In this document: piece by piece, positions 47,634-55,881 of the stretch
Layout of the letters: each line of letters starts with the position of its first letter
Numbering within the stretch: the stretch's first letter is position 1
NCBI GenBank assembly: GCA_964576115.1
Contig: CAZNUA010000020.1
Coordinates: 1 to 63,425 of the forward strand
Source of the DNA: an uncultured Gemmatimonadota bacterium
Lineage (GTDB): Bacteria > Blakebacterota > Blakebacteria > Blakebacterales > Blakebacteraceae
Direction: 5' to 3'
DNA: 63,425 bases
Notes under the pieces: model-generated
What the model saw: only the letters and a program-made list of their open reading frames with translations
What the model was told of the DNA's origin: nothing
The model's database searches: none
Program-made: the position numbers and the translations under genes

Positions 47634-48134
47634 CTACTCCTGCAGCTCCTCGCCCATCGGGGCCCGGCGCGGAGCTTCCTTCTCCTGCAGTTCCTCGCCC
47701 ATCGGGGCCCGTCGCGGAGCTTCCTTCTCCTGCAGCTCCTCACCCATCGGCGCCCGTCGCGGAGCTTCCTTCTCCTGGAGCTCCTCACCCATCGGCGCCC
47801 GTCGCGGAGCTTCCTTCTCCTGGAGCTCCTCACCCATCGGCGCCCGTCGCGGAGCTTCCTTCTCCTGCAGCTCCTCACCCAGCGGGGCTCGACGCGGAGC
47901 TTCCTTCTCCTGCAGTTCCTCACCGATCGGCGCCCGGCGCGGAGCTTCCTTCTCCTGCAGCTCTTCGCCTACCGGGGCCCGGCGCGGGGCCTCCTTCTCC
48001 TGCAGTTCCTCACCGACGGGAGCCCGTCGGGGTGCTTCCTTCTCCTGGAGCTCCTCGCCCATCGGAGCCCGGCGCGGAGCTTCCTTCTCTTCCAGTTCCT
48101 GGTCCTTGTGGACCGGCTTGCGCGGCTCGTCCAT
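47634..48134 (-). CDS. Tandem-repeat peptide, 10 x 15 aa; candidate multicore precursor
   Basis: 11-aa head, ten (Q/E)EL(E/Q)EKEAPRRAP[MVIL]G units, terminal EELQE; AAGGGGG RBS; sigma-54 promoter upstream; mostly synonymous differences between DNA units. Confidence 0.85.
   Translation of the reverse strand: MDEPRKPVHKDQELEEKEAPRRAPMGEELQEKEAPRRAPVGEELQEKEAPRRAPVGEELQEKEAPRRAPIGEELQEKEAPRRAPLGEELQEKEAPRRAPMGEELQEKEAPRRAPMGEELQEKEAPRRAPMGEELQEKEAPRRAPMGEELQEKEAPRRAPMGEELQE
47637..48101. repeat. 45-bp coding tandem repeat, about 10.3 copies
   Basis: Unit GGAGCTTCCTTCTCCTGCAGCTCCTCRCCCATCGGSGCCCGKCGC with scattered variation; no spacers. Confidence 0.97.
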
Positions 48135-48180
48135 TGTAATACCCCCTTATGGCGTATGTGGGACTCGCACCCGAAACAAC

Positions 48181-48195
48181 GCAATCATTGTGCCA
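48181..48195 (-). promoter_or_regulatory. Sigma-54 (-24/-12) promoter of the repeat-peptide gene
   Basis: Minus strand TGGCAC-AATGA-TTGC, exact GG-N10-GC spacing, 46 bp upstream of the ATG. Confidence 0.85.
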
Positions 48196-48331
48196 GTCTG
48201 TCAGGAGCAATTCCCGATAGCGCCTGAAGTCGCTGCTGGCGGGCCTCGAGGCCCGATCCCGGGCCTTCCCTCCGGGTCTGTATCCGGACTCCGCCGAATG
48301 TGGATAACTCCCGATGGTGAGGAATTCGTGC

Positions 48332-48371
48332 CTGAGTGTGGAATTCCAGTACGCACTGAGTGTGGAATTCC
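48332..48371. promoter_or_regulatory. Direct repeats, candidate upstream activator sequences
   Basis: CTGAGTGTGGAATTCC at 48332 and 48356 (24-bp period), with degenerate copies near 48299-48328. Confidence 0.55.
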
Positions 48372-48392
48372 CCTTCCCGGAGCCGTTCGGCC

Positions 48393-49865
48393 GTGAAACG
48401 GTACGAGCTGCAGCTCGACGCGGGATCGGAGACCCTGGGCGAGGTCATGACCTTCATGCGATCATCCCTGGGCGGTCATCTCAAGGCCGGGGTGATGCTC
48501 ACGGTCGAACTGGTCGTCGAGGAACTGGTCACCAACGTTCTCAAACACGGCTATACCGAACACGGCGGACCGGTCCGGGTCGAGTTCCAGATTGCCGGGG
48601 ACTACTGCCTCTTTATTCTCGCCGATCGGGCTCCGACCTTCGATCCCACCCGCCTCACCGGTCTGCCGGCCGACCGCACCGAGGGCGGTCGAGGGCTGCC
48701 GCTGGTGCGCGAACTCGTCGGCGAACTGCGTTACGAACGCACTCTGGAGGGCTGGAATATCACCACCTGCACCTTCGCTTTCCCCGCTGCAGCCACCGAC
48801 GACTGCAGTCAGACCGCATCGGTCGAGCTCCCCTCTCCACTCGATGCCCCGAATCTGAAACCCGGCGTGACACTGACGACTCTCAAAGAAGGAGCGGTTC
48901 TGGTCGAAGGCCCCGGTCTGGACAGCTGGATCACCGATGAGGGCACAGCCACCGTACTCGAGGTCTGTGACGGGCGTCCGTCCGAGGAGATCGCCGCCGG
49001 GCTCAACGAACGTTTCAACTGGGGCCTGAGCGGGGCCGACGTGCGCAGTCTGCTCGAACGTTGGGCCACATGGGGCTATCTCGAAGGCACGCCGACGCGC
49101 TCCGAACGCCTCGTGCGGGCCGATCCCGCTCCCCTGCTCAGAATTCTGCGCCCTCTCACGCGCCTCTACGGCCGCCGCTCCACCGCCCTCGCAGCGGGCC
49201 TGCTGGCCGCGGCCGCACTGGTTCTGACCGTGGTACACGGCCCCCGCGTTCTGGCTGCCTACGGCCAGATCGCCCGGCTGCACTCGGTGTGGGGAGCGGC
49301 TCTGGTCATCCTCGGGTACTACCTGGGGTACTCGGTCACGGCTTTCTTCCACGAGCTCGGGCACGCCCTGGCCGTATACCGGCATGGCGGCGAGGTGCCC
49401 GAGATCGGCATCAGGAGGAACTTCAATTTCTTCGTCCTGGCCAACCGGGATATCCTCCTGACACCCGCCGACCGCATCTGGTACTATGCGGGCGGACTGC
49501 TCAGTGACACGGTGTGGTGGTTCGGTGCGTGGGTGTGGTGGCTGGCGGCGCCCGGCCCTCTGCCGCTGTTCCTGCTGGTCCCGCAGACCGTTTATTTCCT
49601 GCTCTACGCCTGGGCTCCGTCGGGGTACAGCGACGCGGCCCTGGTACTGCGCGAAGCGGTCGGCTGGACACCGCTTTCGAGGATCCGACGGGGTACCGAC
49701 TGGTCGAAGCGGTGGAAAGAAGCCCCCGGCGCCCAGCGCGCGCTCGAGATCGCGCGCCTGACCCTGGGAGCAGCTCTGATCGTCTTCATCGCCGTCCACG
49801 ATCTCTACCTCATCGCCCTCTACATCATCTACCGTCTGCTCAGAAAGGGGCTGAACCGGTTGTGA
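48393..49865 (+). CDS. Fusion: RsbW-like HATPase, PqqD/RRE-like domain, M50-like membrane metalloprotease
   Basis: EELVTNVLKHGY, DRAPTFDP, EGGRGL; EVCDGRPSEEIAAGL...LLERWATWGYL; FFHELGHA, YAGG, multiple TM helices. Confidence 0.75.
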   Translation: MKRYELQLDAGSETLGEVMTFMRSSLGGHLKAGVMLTVELVVEELVTNVLKHGYTEHGGPVRVEFQIAGDYCLFILADRAPTFDPTRLTGLPADRTEGGRGLPLVRELVGELRYERTLEGWNITTCTFAFPAAATDDCSQTASVELPSPLDAPNLKPGVTLTTLKEGAVLVEGPGLDSWITDEGTATVLEVCDGRPSEEIAAGLNERFNWGLSGADVRSLLERWATWGYLEGTPTRSERLVRADPAPLLRILRPLTRLYGRRSTALAAGLLAAAALVLTVVHGPRVLAAYGQIARLHSVWGAALVILGYYLGYSVTAFFHELGHALAVYRHGGEVPEIGIRRNFNFFVLANRDILLTPADRIWYYAGGLLSDTVWWFGAWVWWLAAPGPLPLFLLVPQTVYFLLYAWAPSGYSDAALVLREAVGWTPLSRIRRGTDWSKRWKEAPGAQRALEIARLTLGAALIVFIAVHDLYLIALYIIYRLLRKGLNRL

Positions 49866-50821
49866 TGCGTCGAAACGAAACGAGTTCCCAGACTCTGAAG
49901 CTGCTTGCGTCGGGCGCGGTGGTTGCGCTCCTCGCGTTCGTCACGGCGGGGATCGTGAGCGGCTGCGGCGGGCAGGCACCGGAGCAGACCGGGGAGGCTG
50001 CCGCAGCCGCCGAAGCGGAACAGGTGCCGGCCAATGCCGGTCGGCGCCTGCAACCCGAGGTGCCCCACTCCCCGACCCGGCGCCCCTCGCATGAGACCGT
50101 TCCGGACCGCGGCGGGATTCGGACCGCCGGGGGCGGCGAGCGCACTTTCACCACCGTGCTCACCTCCCGCCGGGCCGTGACGGTCCTGAGCCGCATCGCC
50201 GGCACGGTCACCGCACTCGAGGTTGAAGAGGGTGACCGGGTGCGGGGTGGCGGCGTGCTGGCGCGCCTCGACGACCGCTCCCGGCAGATCGCCCGCGACC
50301 GGGCCGCCGCCGAAGCCCGGCGCACCCGGGCCCTCTATGAGCGCAACCGCGAGGCCTTCGCCTCGAATACTGCGGTCCGGGTGGTGTCGGCACTCGAACT
50401 CGAGGTCTCCGAGGCCGAATACCTCAAGGCGCAGGCCGATTCGGCCCTGGCCGAACTCGAGTTGAGCTACACCCGCATCACCGCCCCCTTCGCCGGGGTG
50501 GTGACCGAACGCTTCATCGACGCGGGAGAGTGGATCGCGGCCCGGGAGGATCTGTTTACCGTGGCCGAGCTGGGCCGCCTCTGGGCGGTCTTTATCGTAC
50601 CGCCCGAAGTCGACGCCGACCTGCAGTCAGGGCAGATCGTGGCCCTGCGGATCGGCAACGGCGAGATCACCCTCGACGCCGACGGGCGCCTGGTGCGCAC
50701 CAGCCCCGTGCTCGATCCGGCCAGCGGGGGGGTGAAGATCACGATCGAGATCACCAACTCCCAGAGCCTGTACAAACCGGGTATGACCGCCACCATCGAT
50801 TTCGGCGCGCCCGGAGGCTGA
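49865..50821 (+). CDS. Efflux membrane fusion protein (periplasmic adaptor)
   Basis: SRIAGTV..VEEGDRV..G.VLARLD, ITAPFAGVV, PGM; VSGC possible lipobox; TGATG overlap. Confidence 0.88.
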   Translation: MRRNETSSQTLKLLASGAVVALLAFVTAGIVSGCGGQAPEQTGEAAAAAEAEQVPANAGRRLQPEVPHSPTRRPSHETVPDRGGIRTAGGGERTFTTVLTSRRAVTVLSRIAGTVTALEVEEGDRVRGGGVLARLDDRSRQIARDRAAAEARRTRALYERNREAFASNTAVRVVSALELEVSEAEYLKAQADSALAELELSYTRITAPFAGVVTERFIDAGEWIAAREDLFTVAELGRLWAVFIVPPEVDADLQSGQIVALRIGNGEITLDADGRLVRTSPVLDPASGGVKITIEITNSQSLYKPGMTATIDFGAPGG

Positions 50822-50834
50822 GGACTCATCAGCC

Positions 50835-52892
50835 GTGGCCGAGGTCCCCGACTACCCGAGACTGCGCGAGGACATCACCTTCTCGCGGGTGGTGATGCGC
50901 GGCGAGGAAACCTTCATCGCCAAGGACCCGGTCCGGCGCAAGTACATGCAGTTCGACCGGCTGGGGCGGCGCATCTGCGAGCTCTGCAACGGCCGCAACT
51001 CCCTTGCGGACATGGTCGAGCAGCTGGGGCGCGATTTCCCCGAGTGGGATTTCGATCTCGAGTACGTGACCGAGTACGTCGAGCACCTGATCGACATGCG
51101 CCTGATCTTCCGCGACCGGATGGAATACAACGTCCTGATGATGGAAAAGGTCCGGCGCGAGCGCGAGCACCACAACACCCTGCTTCACATGACCTTCCCG
51201 GCCGTGGACCCGCACAAGTTCTTCGCCTGGCTGATGGACCGCCTGCGCTGGATAGCCTCGAAACCCTTCATGATCTTCTACTGGGTTTTCGTGATCGGCT
51301 CCTACGCCGTGCTCGTCGGCAATCTCGAGGAAACCTGGGCGGGGCTGTCTGGTTTTTACATCTTCACCGGCTGGTCGCTGGGCGAGATCGTCGGTCTATA
51401 TCTCGTCATTCTGCTGATCATGGTCATCCACGAGTTCGGCCACGGAATGACCTGCGTGTATTACGGCGGGGAAGTACATCAGATGGGCTTCCTGCTCATC
51501 TACCTGATCAACCCCGCCCTCTACTGCAACGTGTCCGACTCCTACCGCTTCCCCCGCAAGCTGCACCGGCTGATGGTGGTCTACGGGGGACCGCTGGTGG
51601 AGATGTTCATCGGGGCCGCCTTCGTCTATGTCTGGTGGCTCTCGGATCCGAAGCTGCTGATCCACGACTTCGCCTTCAAGATCGTGATCTTCTCCTCGAT
51701 CTCGGCCTGGATCTTCAACATGAATCCCCTGCTCAAATACGACGGGTACTACATCCTGAGCGAGATGGTCGACATCCCCAACCTGCGCAAGCGGGCCTTC
51801 GGCTATCTGGGTTTTGTCTGGAAATCGTTCTTCAACCTGCCGGCCGACAAACCCCCCGGCGGCCGGCGCGAGCAGCGTATCTACCTGCTCTATTCGATCG
51901 CCGCTTTCATCTACTCGATCATGATCTTCTCGATCATCTACGGTCTCTTGAAACGCTGGTTCGTAGGGGGACTGGCCGCCTTCGGGTGGATTCTGCTGGT
52001 GGCCACCATGTACCTGATCCTGCGCAGACCGATCGGCAAGGGAGTGGATTTCGTGAAGCTGGCTGCCATGGACCGCTCCGGATTCATCCGGCGCAACATC
52101 CCCGTCGTCATCACCATCCTGGCCCTGCTCCTCGTCCTGCCGGCCGTGATCAGAACCCCGACCGTGGACCGGCGCCTGGCGATCCTGGAACCCTACTACC
52201 AGGTCAACGTCGAAGCCGCGGCGCCGGGGTACGTGCGCGAGCTGACTGTGAATACCGGCGACGATATCGCTGCGGGGCAGGTCCTGGCCCGCATCGAGAG
52301 TACGGTCCTGGAGCGTGAACTGATCGGGGTGCGCCACGAGATCGAGCGCACCCGGGCTCTGGCCGGAGAGGCCTCGTCCCGCGGCGACGCTTCGGCCGTG
52401 AGCGGCTACCGCGCTGAACTGGCCCGCCTGACCGAGAGCGAGGACCTGATTCTGGATCGCCACGAAGCTCTGGAGGTGCGCTCACCCCTCGAAGGCCGGG
52501 TCCTCAATCCCCACGTCTCGGAGGTTGAACACCGCTTCGTGCGCGAGGGTGAGATGCTGATGCAGATCGGGCGGACCGATTCGCTGCGGGTGCGTCTCGA
52601 GATCCCCGAACGGAACATGGCCGACGTCGAACTCGGCTCGCGGGTCAAATTCAAGCCGGCCTCGCGGCCCGGCGAAGTGGTGCGGGGACGGGTGGTGGTG
52701 ATCGATCTGGCCGGTGAAGCGGCCGTCGACGAAGAAGCATTCTACGGAGTTGAGATCGTCATGGATAATTCCGCCCTGGGCCTGGTGCCCGGCCAGCGCG
52801 GCAAGGTGCGCCTCTATGGCAAGAGCCGATCGCTGTGGGGGCAGCTGATCCGCTCCGCCATTCAGACCTTGAGACTGGACTTTTTCATTTGA
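50835..52892 (+). CDS. PqqD/RRE-like, M50 (site-2) zinc metalloprotease, HlyD adaptor fusion
   Basis: PRLREDI...KDP...ELCNGRNSLAD; IHEFGHG, GGPLVE, FNMNPLLKYDGYY; APGYV, VRSPLEGRV, PGQRG. Confidence 0.88.
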   Translation: MAEVPDYPRLREDITFSRVVMRGEETFIAKDPVRRKYMQFDRLGRRICELCNGRNSLADMVEQLGRDFPEWDFDLEYVTEYVEHLIDMRLIFRDRMEYNVLMMEKVRREREHHNTLLHMTFPAVDPHKFFAWLMDRLRWIASKPFMIFYWVFVIGSYAVLVGNLEETWAGLSGFYIFTGWSLGEIVGLYLVILLIMVIHEFGHGMTCVYYGGEVHQMGFLLIYLINPALYCNVSDSYRFPRKLHRLMVVYGGPLVEMFIGAAFVYVWWLSDPKLLIHDFAFKIVIFSSISAWIFNMNPLLKYDGYYILSEMVDIPNLRKRAFGYLGFVWKSFFNLPADKPPGGRREQRIYLLYSIAAFIYSIMIFSIIYGLLKRWFVGGLAAFGWILLVATMYLILRRPIGKGVDFVKLAAMDRSGFIRRNIPVVITILALLLVLPAVIRTPTVDRRLAILEPYYQVNVEAAAPGYVRELTVNTGDDIAAGQVLARIESTVLERELIGVRHEIERTRALAGEASSRGDASAVSGYRAELARLTESEDLILDRHEALEVRSPLEGRVLNPHVSEVEHRFVREGEMLMQIGRTDSLRVRLEIPERNMADVELGSRVKFKPASRPGEVVRGRVVVIDLAGEAAVDEEAFYGVEIVMDNSALGLVPGQRGKVRLYGKSRSLWGQLIRSAIQTLRLDFFI

Positions 52893-52937
52893 GATCGGCT
52901 CTCGAACGCGAGTGTCATTGCGGAATGGTGCCTGAAG

Positions 52938-54848
52938 ATGACCGAGAATAACGAGAACCTGCAACGGGAACTGGACGCCGCCTACCGCCAGCTCGAGCAG
53001 ACGGCCAGCCGGCTGCTCCTGGTCAATCAGGCGGGTATGCTGACGGCCTCGACCCACGACCCGCGCGTCATCGCCCGGGAACTGCTGGCCAGCATCCTCG
53101 ACAGCGTCTTCGCCAGGAGCGGCCTGGTTATCCTGTATTCGCGCGGGGGAGCCGTTTTTGATGTGCTGGCTCACCAGGGGCTCAGCGAGGCCGAGCTCGC
53201 GGCCTTTGAGCAGAGCAACACCGAGGCGACCGCGCTCTGGATCAGCTCGCTGCGCAAAGCCCCGGTGACCCGCGGTGACATCACGGGGGCCGAAGAATGG
53301 GAAGCCGGACTCGATGAGCCGGCCGGGGCGGTCTACATGCCTCTGCTGATCGAGGACGAACTCGTCGGCGCCCTGGTGGTCGGCGACAAGACCACCGCCG
53401 ACGAGTACGACCGGGGCGAAGTGAGCTTCCTGGCCAATCTCGGTCATCACGCCGCCGTGGCTTTGAACCACGCCTCCCTCTACAGCCAGCTTGAGAAGAA
53501 GCTGCGCGACCTCGACACCCTGCTCACCATCAGCCAGGAGATCACCTCCACCCTCGACCTCGACCGGATCCTGAAAACCATCACCACCATGGCCTCGGCG
53601 CTCTCCGAACTGGAATACTGCGCCATCGGCCTGACGCGCGGCGGGCGTCTGAAGATCGACTCGATCGGCGGCACCGAACCCTCCAAGGACGAAAAGGAGT
53701 CGCTGCGCAACCTGATGGAGTTTGTCAGCCTGGCCGGCACCGAAATCTCGGCCACCGCCGCCGAGTTGCCCGAGGGTGAGGGCCGCGACCTGTTCCGCGA
53801 GCACTTCGAGAGTACTGAAACCGGTGGTTTCTGGGGCCTGCCCCTGAAAGACGACCAGGGTGTCATGGGGGCCTACTGCCAGCTGCGGGCCCGCGGTATC
53901 CCCGATGAAGAAGAACAGGAACTGCTGCGCATCCTCGGCAACCAGGCCTCGGTCGCCATCCGCAACGCCGAACTCTACAACCAGGTACCCCTGATCGGTT
54001 TCCTCGAACCCCTGCTCGAAAAACGCCGCAAACTCTGGGAGGCGGGTCGCCGCAAGTGGCGCACGGCCGCAGTCTGGACGGTGGTCGCGGGCGCTCTGCT
54101 GCTGCTCGTGCGCCTGCCCTACCGCACCGGCGGCGACGCGGTGGTCTTCCCCGGCCAGCGCCTGCAGCTGCGCACGCCCGTGGCGGGGATCGTGGATGAG
54201 GTCACCGCTCTGGAAGGCGAGGTGGTCGGCCCCGATCGCCCGGCCGGGCGCATTCTGAGCCTCGAGGCCGAGATGGAATACCGCGACCTGCAGAACGCCC
54301 TGGAGCGGGCCCGGCGCGAGGAAGCTGCCGCGCGCGCTCGCAACGATCTCTTCGCCGCCCAGCTGGCCGAGACCGACCGCGTTTCCCTGACCGCCCAGCT
54401 GACCCTGCTGAGCCGTGAACTCGAGGCCGCCACTATCGCCCCCCCCTTCCCGGCCGTGATCCTCACTCCCCACGTCGAAGAGCGTAAGGGGGACTACCTG
54501 GCTTCGGGCGATACCTTCTGTGAGGTCGGCACCCTCGATTCGCTGCGCATCGAGATCGCTCTGCCCGAGAAGGACTGGCATGCGGTCGAACTGGGCCAGC
54601 CGGTGAAGATGAAGTTCTACGCCTACGCCGAGCGCACCTTCACCGGAACGGTGGACATCCTCGCCCCGGCCGCTCTGCAGCGCAGGGACGACAAGCGGGT
54701 CCTGATCGCCACCGTGCGCATCCCCGCCCCCGAGGGACTGCGTCCCGGCATGAACGGGGTCGGCAAGGTCCGCCTCGGCCGCCGCAGCCTGCTCTGGTTC
54801 GTGGCCCGCCCCTTCGTGCGGTTCGTGTCGCTGCGGTTGTGGTTCTGA
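52938..54848 (+). CDS. GAF-GAF-TM-HlyD membrane fusion protein
   Basis: MPLLIEDELVGAL...AVALNHASLY; LGNQASVAIRNAELY; TM; TPVAGIV, IAPPFPAVI, LRPGMNG. Confidence 0.85.
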   Translation: MTENNENLQRELDAAYRQLEQTASRLLLVNQAGMLTASTHDPRVIARELLASILDSVFARSGLVILYSRGGAVFDVLAHQGLSEAELAAFEQSNTEATALWISSLRKAPVTRGDITGAEEWEAGLDEPAGAVYMPLLIEDELVGALVVGDKTTADEYDRGEVSFLANLGHHAAVALNHASLYSQLEKKLRDLDTLLTISQEITSTLDLDRILKTITTMASALSELEYCAIGLTRGGRLKIDSIGGTEPSKDEKESLRNLMEFVSLAGTEISATAAELPEGEGRDLFREHFESTETGGFWGLPLKDDQGVMGAYCQLRARGIPDEEEQELLRILGNQASVAIRNAELYNQVPLIGFLEPLLEKRRKLWEAGRRKWRTAAVWTVVAGALLLLVRLPYRTGGDAVVFPGQRLQLRTPVAGIVDEVTALEGEVVGPDRPAGRILSLEAEMEYRDLQNALERARREEAAARARNDLFAAQLAETDRVSLTAQLTLLSRELEAATIAPPFPAVILTPHVEERKGDYLASGDTFCEVGTLDSLRIEIALPEKDWHAVELGQPVKMKFYAYAERTFTGTVDILAPAALQRRDDKRVLIATVRIPAPEGLRPGMNGVGKVRLGRRSLLWFVARPFVRFVSLRLWF

Positions 54849-54952
54849 GGCGACAGTAGTTGCAACTGGCGTAGAACTTCATTCCCCGGGGTACGTATAT
54901 CAATACCACACCAGAGCTTATTCCATGACAGACAGATGCATCGGAGAAGAGT

Positions 54953-55846
54953 ATGCGAATCCGGACCTCGAAGGCCCCGATCATCCTTGCCCTGGTCCTC
55001 TTGATCACCACACCGGAAGCAGTCTCGGCCGGCACCGTCCAGGTCGAATCCGAGCCGGATGCAGCCATCATCGACACCCTGATATCGGTCGGCGAGAACC
55101 GTCTTCACTTCCAGATCATCGAGGGCCGCAAGCCGGCCATCCTCCTGGAATCGGGCGGGGGCTACAACCTGGAGCAGTGGATGATGCTGGCCCCGTGGCT
55201 GGCCCGCGAGACCGGAGCGGCAATCATCACCTACGACCGGGCCGGCTTCGGGCAGAGCGACCTGCCCGAGGTCCCGCATGACATGAGACTCGAGGCCGGT
55301 TGGCTCTGGAACGGGCTCGAACAGCTCGGGCTGGACTCAGACCTCGTCCTGGTCGGGCATTCCTTCGGGGGCTGGATGATCCGCCTGGAAGCGAACGAGC
55401 ATCCCGAGGCCGTGCGCGGTATGGTGTTCATCGATCCCTTCACGACCGAGTTCGTCGATCGGCTCGGGGTGGAGTACCTCGATGATCACCCCATGGCGGG
55501 CAGGCTCCCCTTCGACACTTCCGATCCGGCCAGTCTCACGACCCTGCAGCGGGCCCAGGTGCGCATGGTCGGTGACGGGCTGGCGCCGAAGATAGCCATC
55601 ATGCGGGACACGAGGATTCCGGAGGGCATTCCGGTCGAGGTCATCACCTGCGCCCGGCAGTTTCTCCCGAAAGTGGAGGAACATCAGGCCTGGCACACGG
55701 CTCACGAGCATCTGGCGGAGTCGATCCCGGGCGCAGTCCTCATCCCGGCCGAAAACAGCAATCACCTGGTCCCGCTCTTCCAACCCGGCCTCGTCGTCGA
55801 GTCGGTCACCCGCGTCTATGGTCGCATAACCGAATCGGGGAAATAA
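54953..55846 (+). CDS. Exported alpha/beta hydrolase
   Basis: YDRAGFGQS, VLVGHSFGG nucleophile elbow, SNHLVP catalytic His; signal peptide. Confidence 0.9.
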   Translation: MRIRTSKAPIILALVLLITTPEAVSAGTVQVESEPDAAIIDTLISVGENRLHFQIIEGRKPAILLESGGGYNLEQWMMLAPWLARETGAAIITYDRAGFGQSDLPEVPHDMRLEAGWLWNGLEQLGLDSDLVLVGHSFGGWMIRLEANEHPEAVRGMVFIDPFTTEFVDRLGVEYLDDHPMAGRLPFDTSDPASLTTLQRAQVRMVGDGLAPKIAIMRDTRIPEGIPVEVITCARQFLPKVEEHQAWHTAHEHLAESIPGAVLIPAENSNHLVPLFQPGLVVESVTRVYGRITESGK

Positions 55847-55881
55847 CTGACCGTCTAATCCCGAGTGTTCCCGTCTGAGCC

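Noticed and set aside
47637-48101. Possible CRISPR array
   Set aside because: Contiguous 45-bp units with no unique spacers, in-frame coding, no cas genes
47488-48396. Plus-strand ORF with Cys/Ser-rich repeats (CSSSPIGARRGASFS) resembling an azole/lanthipeptide precursor
   Set aside because: Antisense shadow of the repeat gene: variants are disruptive here (C/W, I/S/T) but synonymous or conservative on the minus strand, which also has the RBS and sigma-54 promoter; no cyclodehydratase or Lan enzyme nearby
52482-54581. 699-aa minus-strand ORF and similar long antisense ORFs (20870..22603, 8786..10156, 48462..49799)
   Set aside because: Opposite well-supported genes; typical of high-GC codon bias; no recognisable motifs
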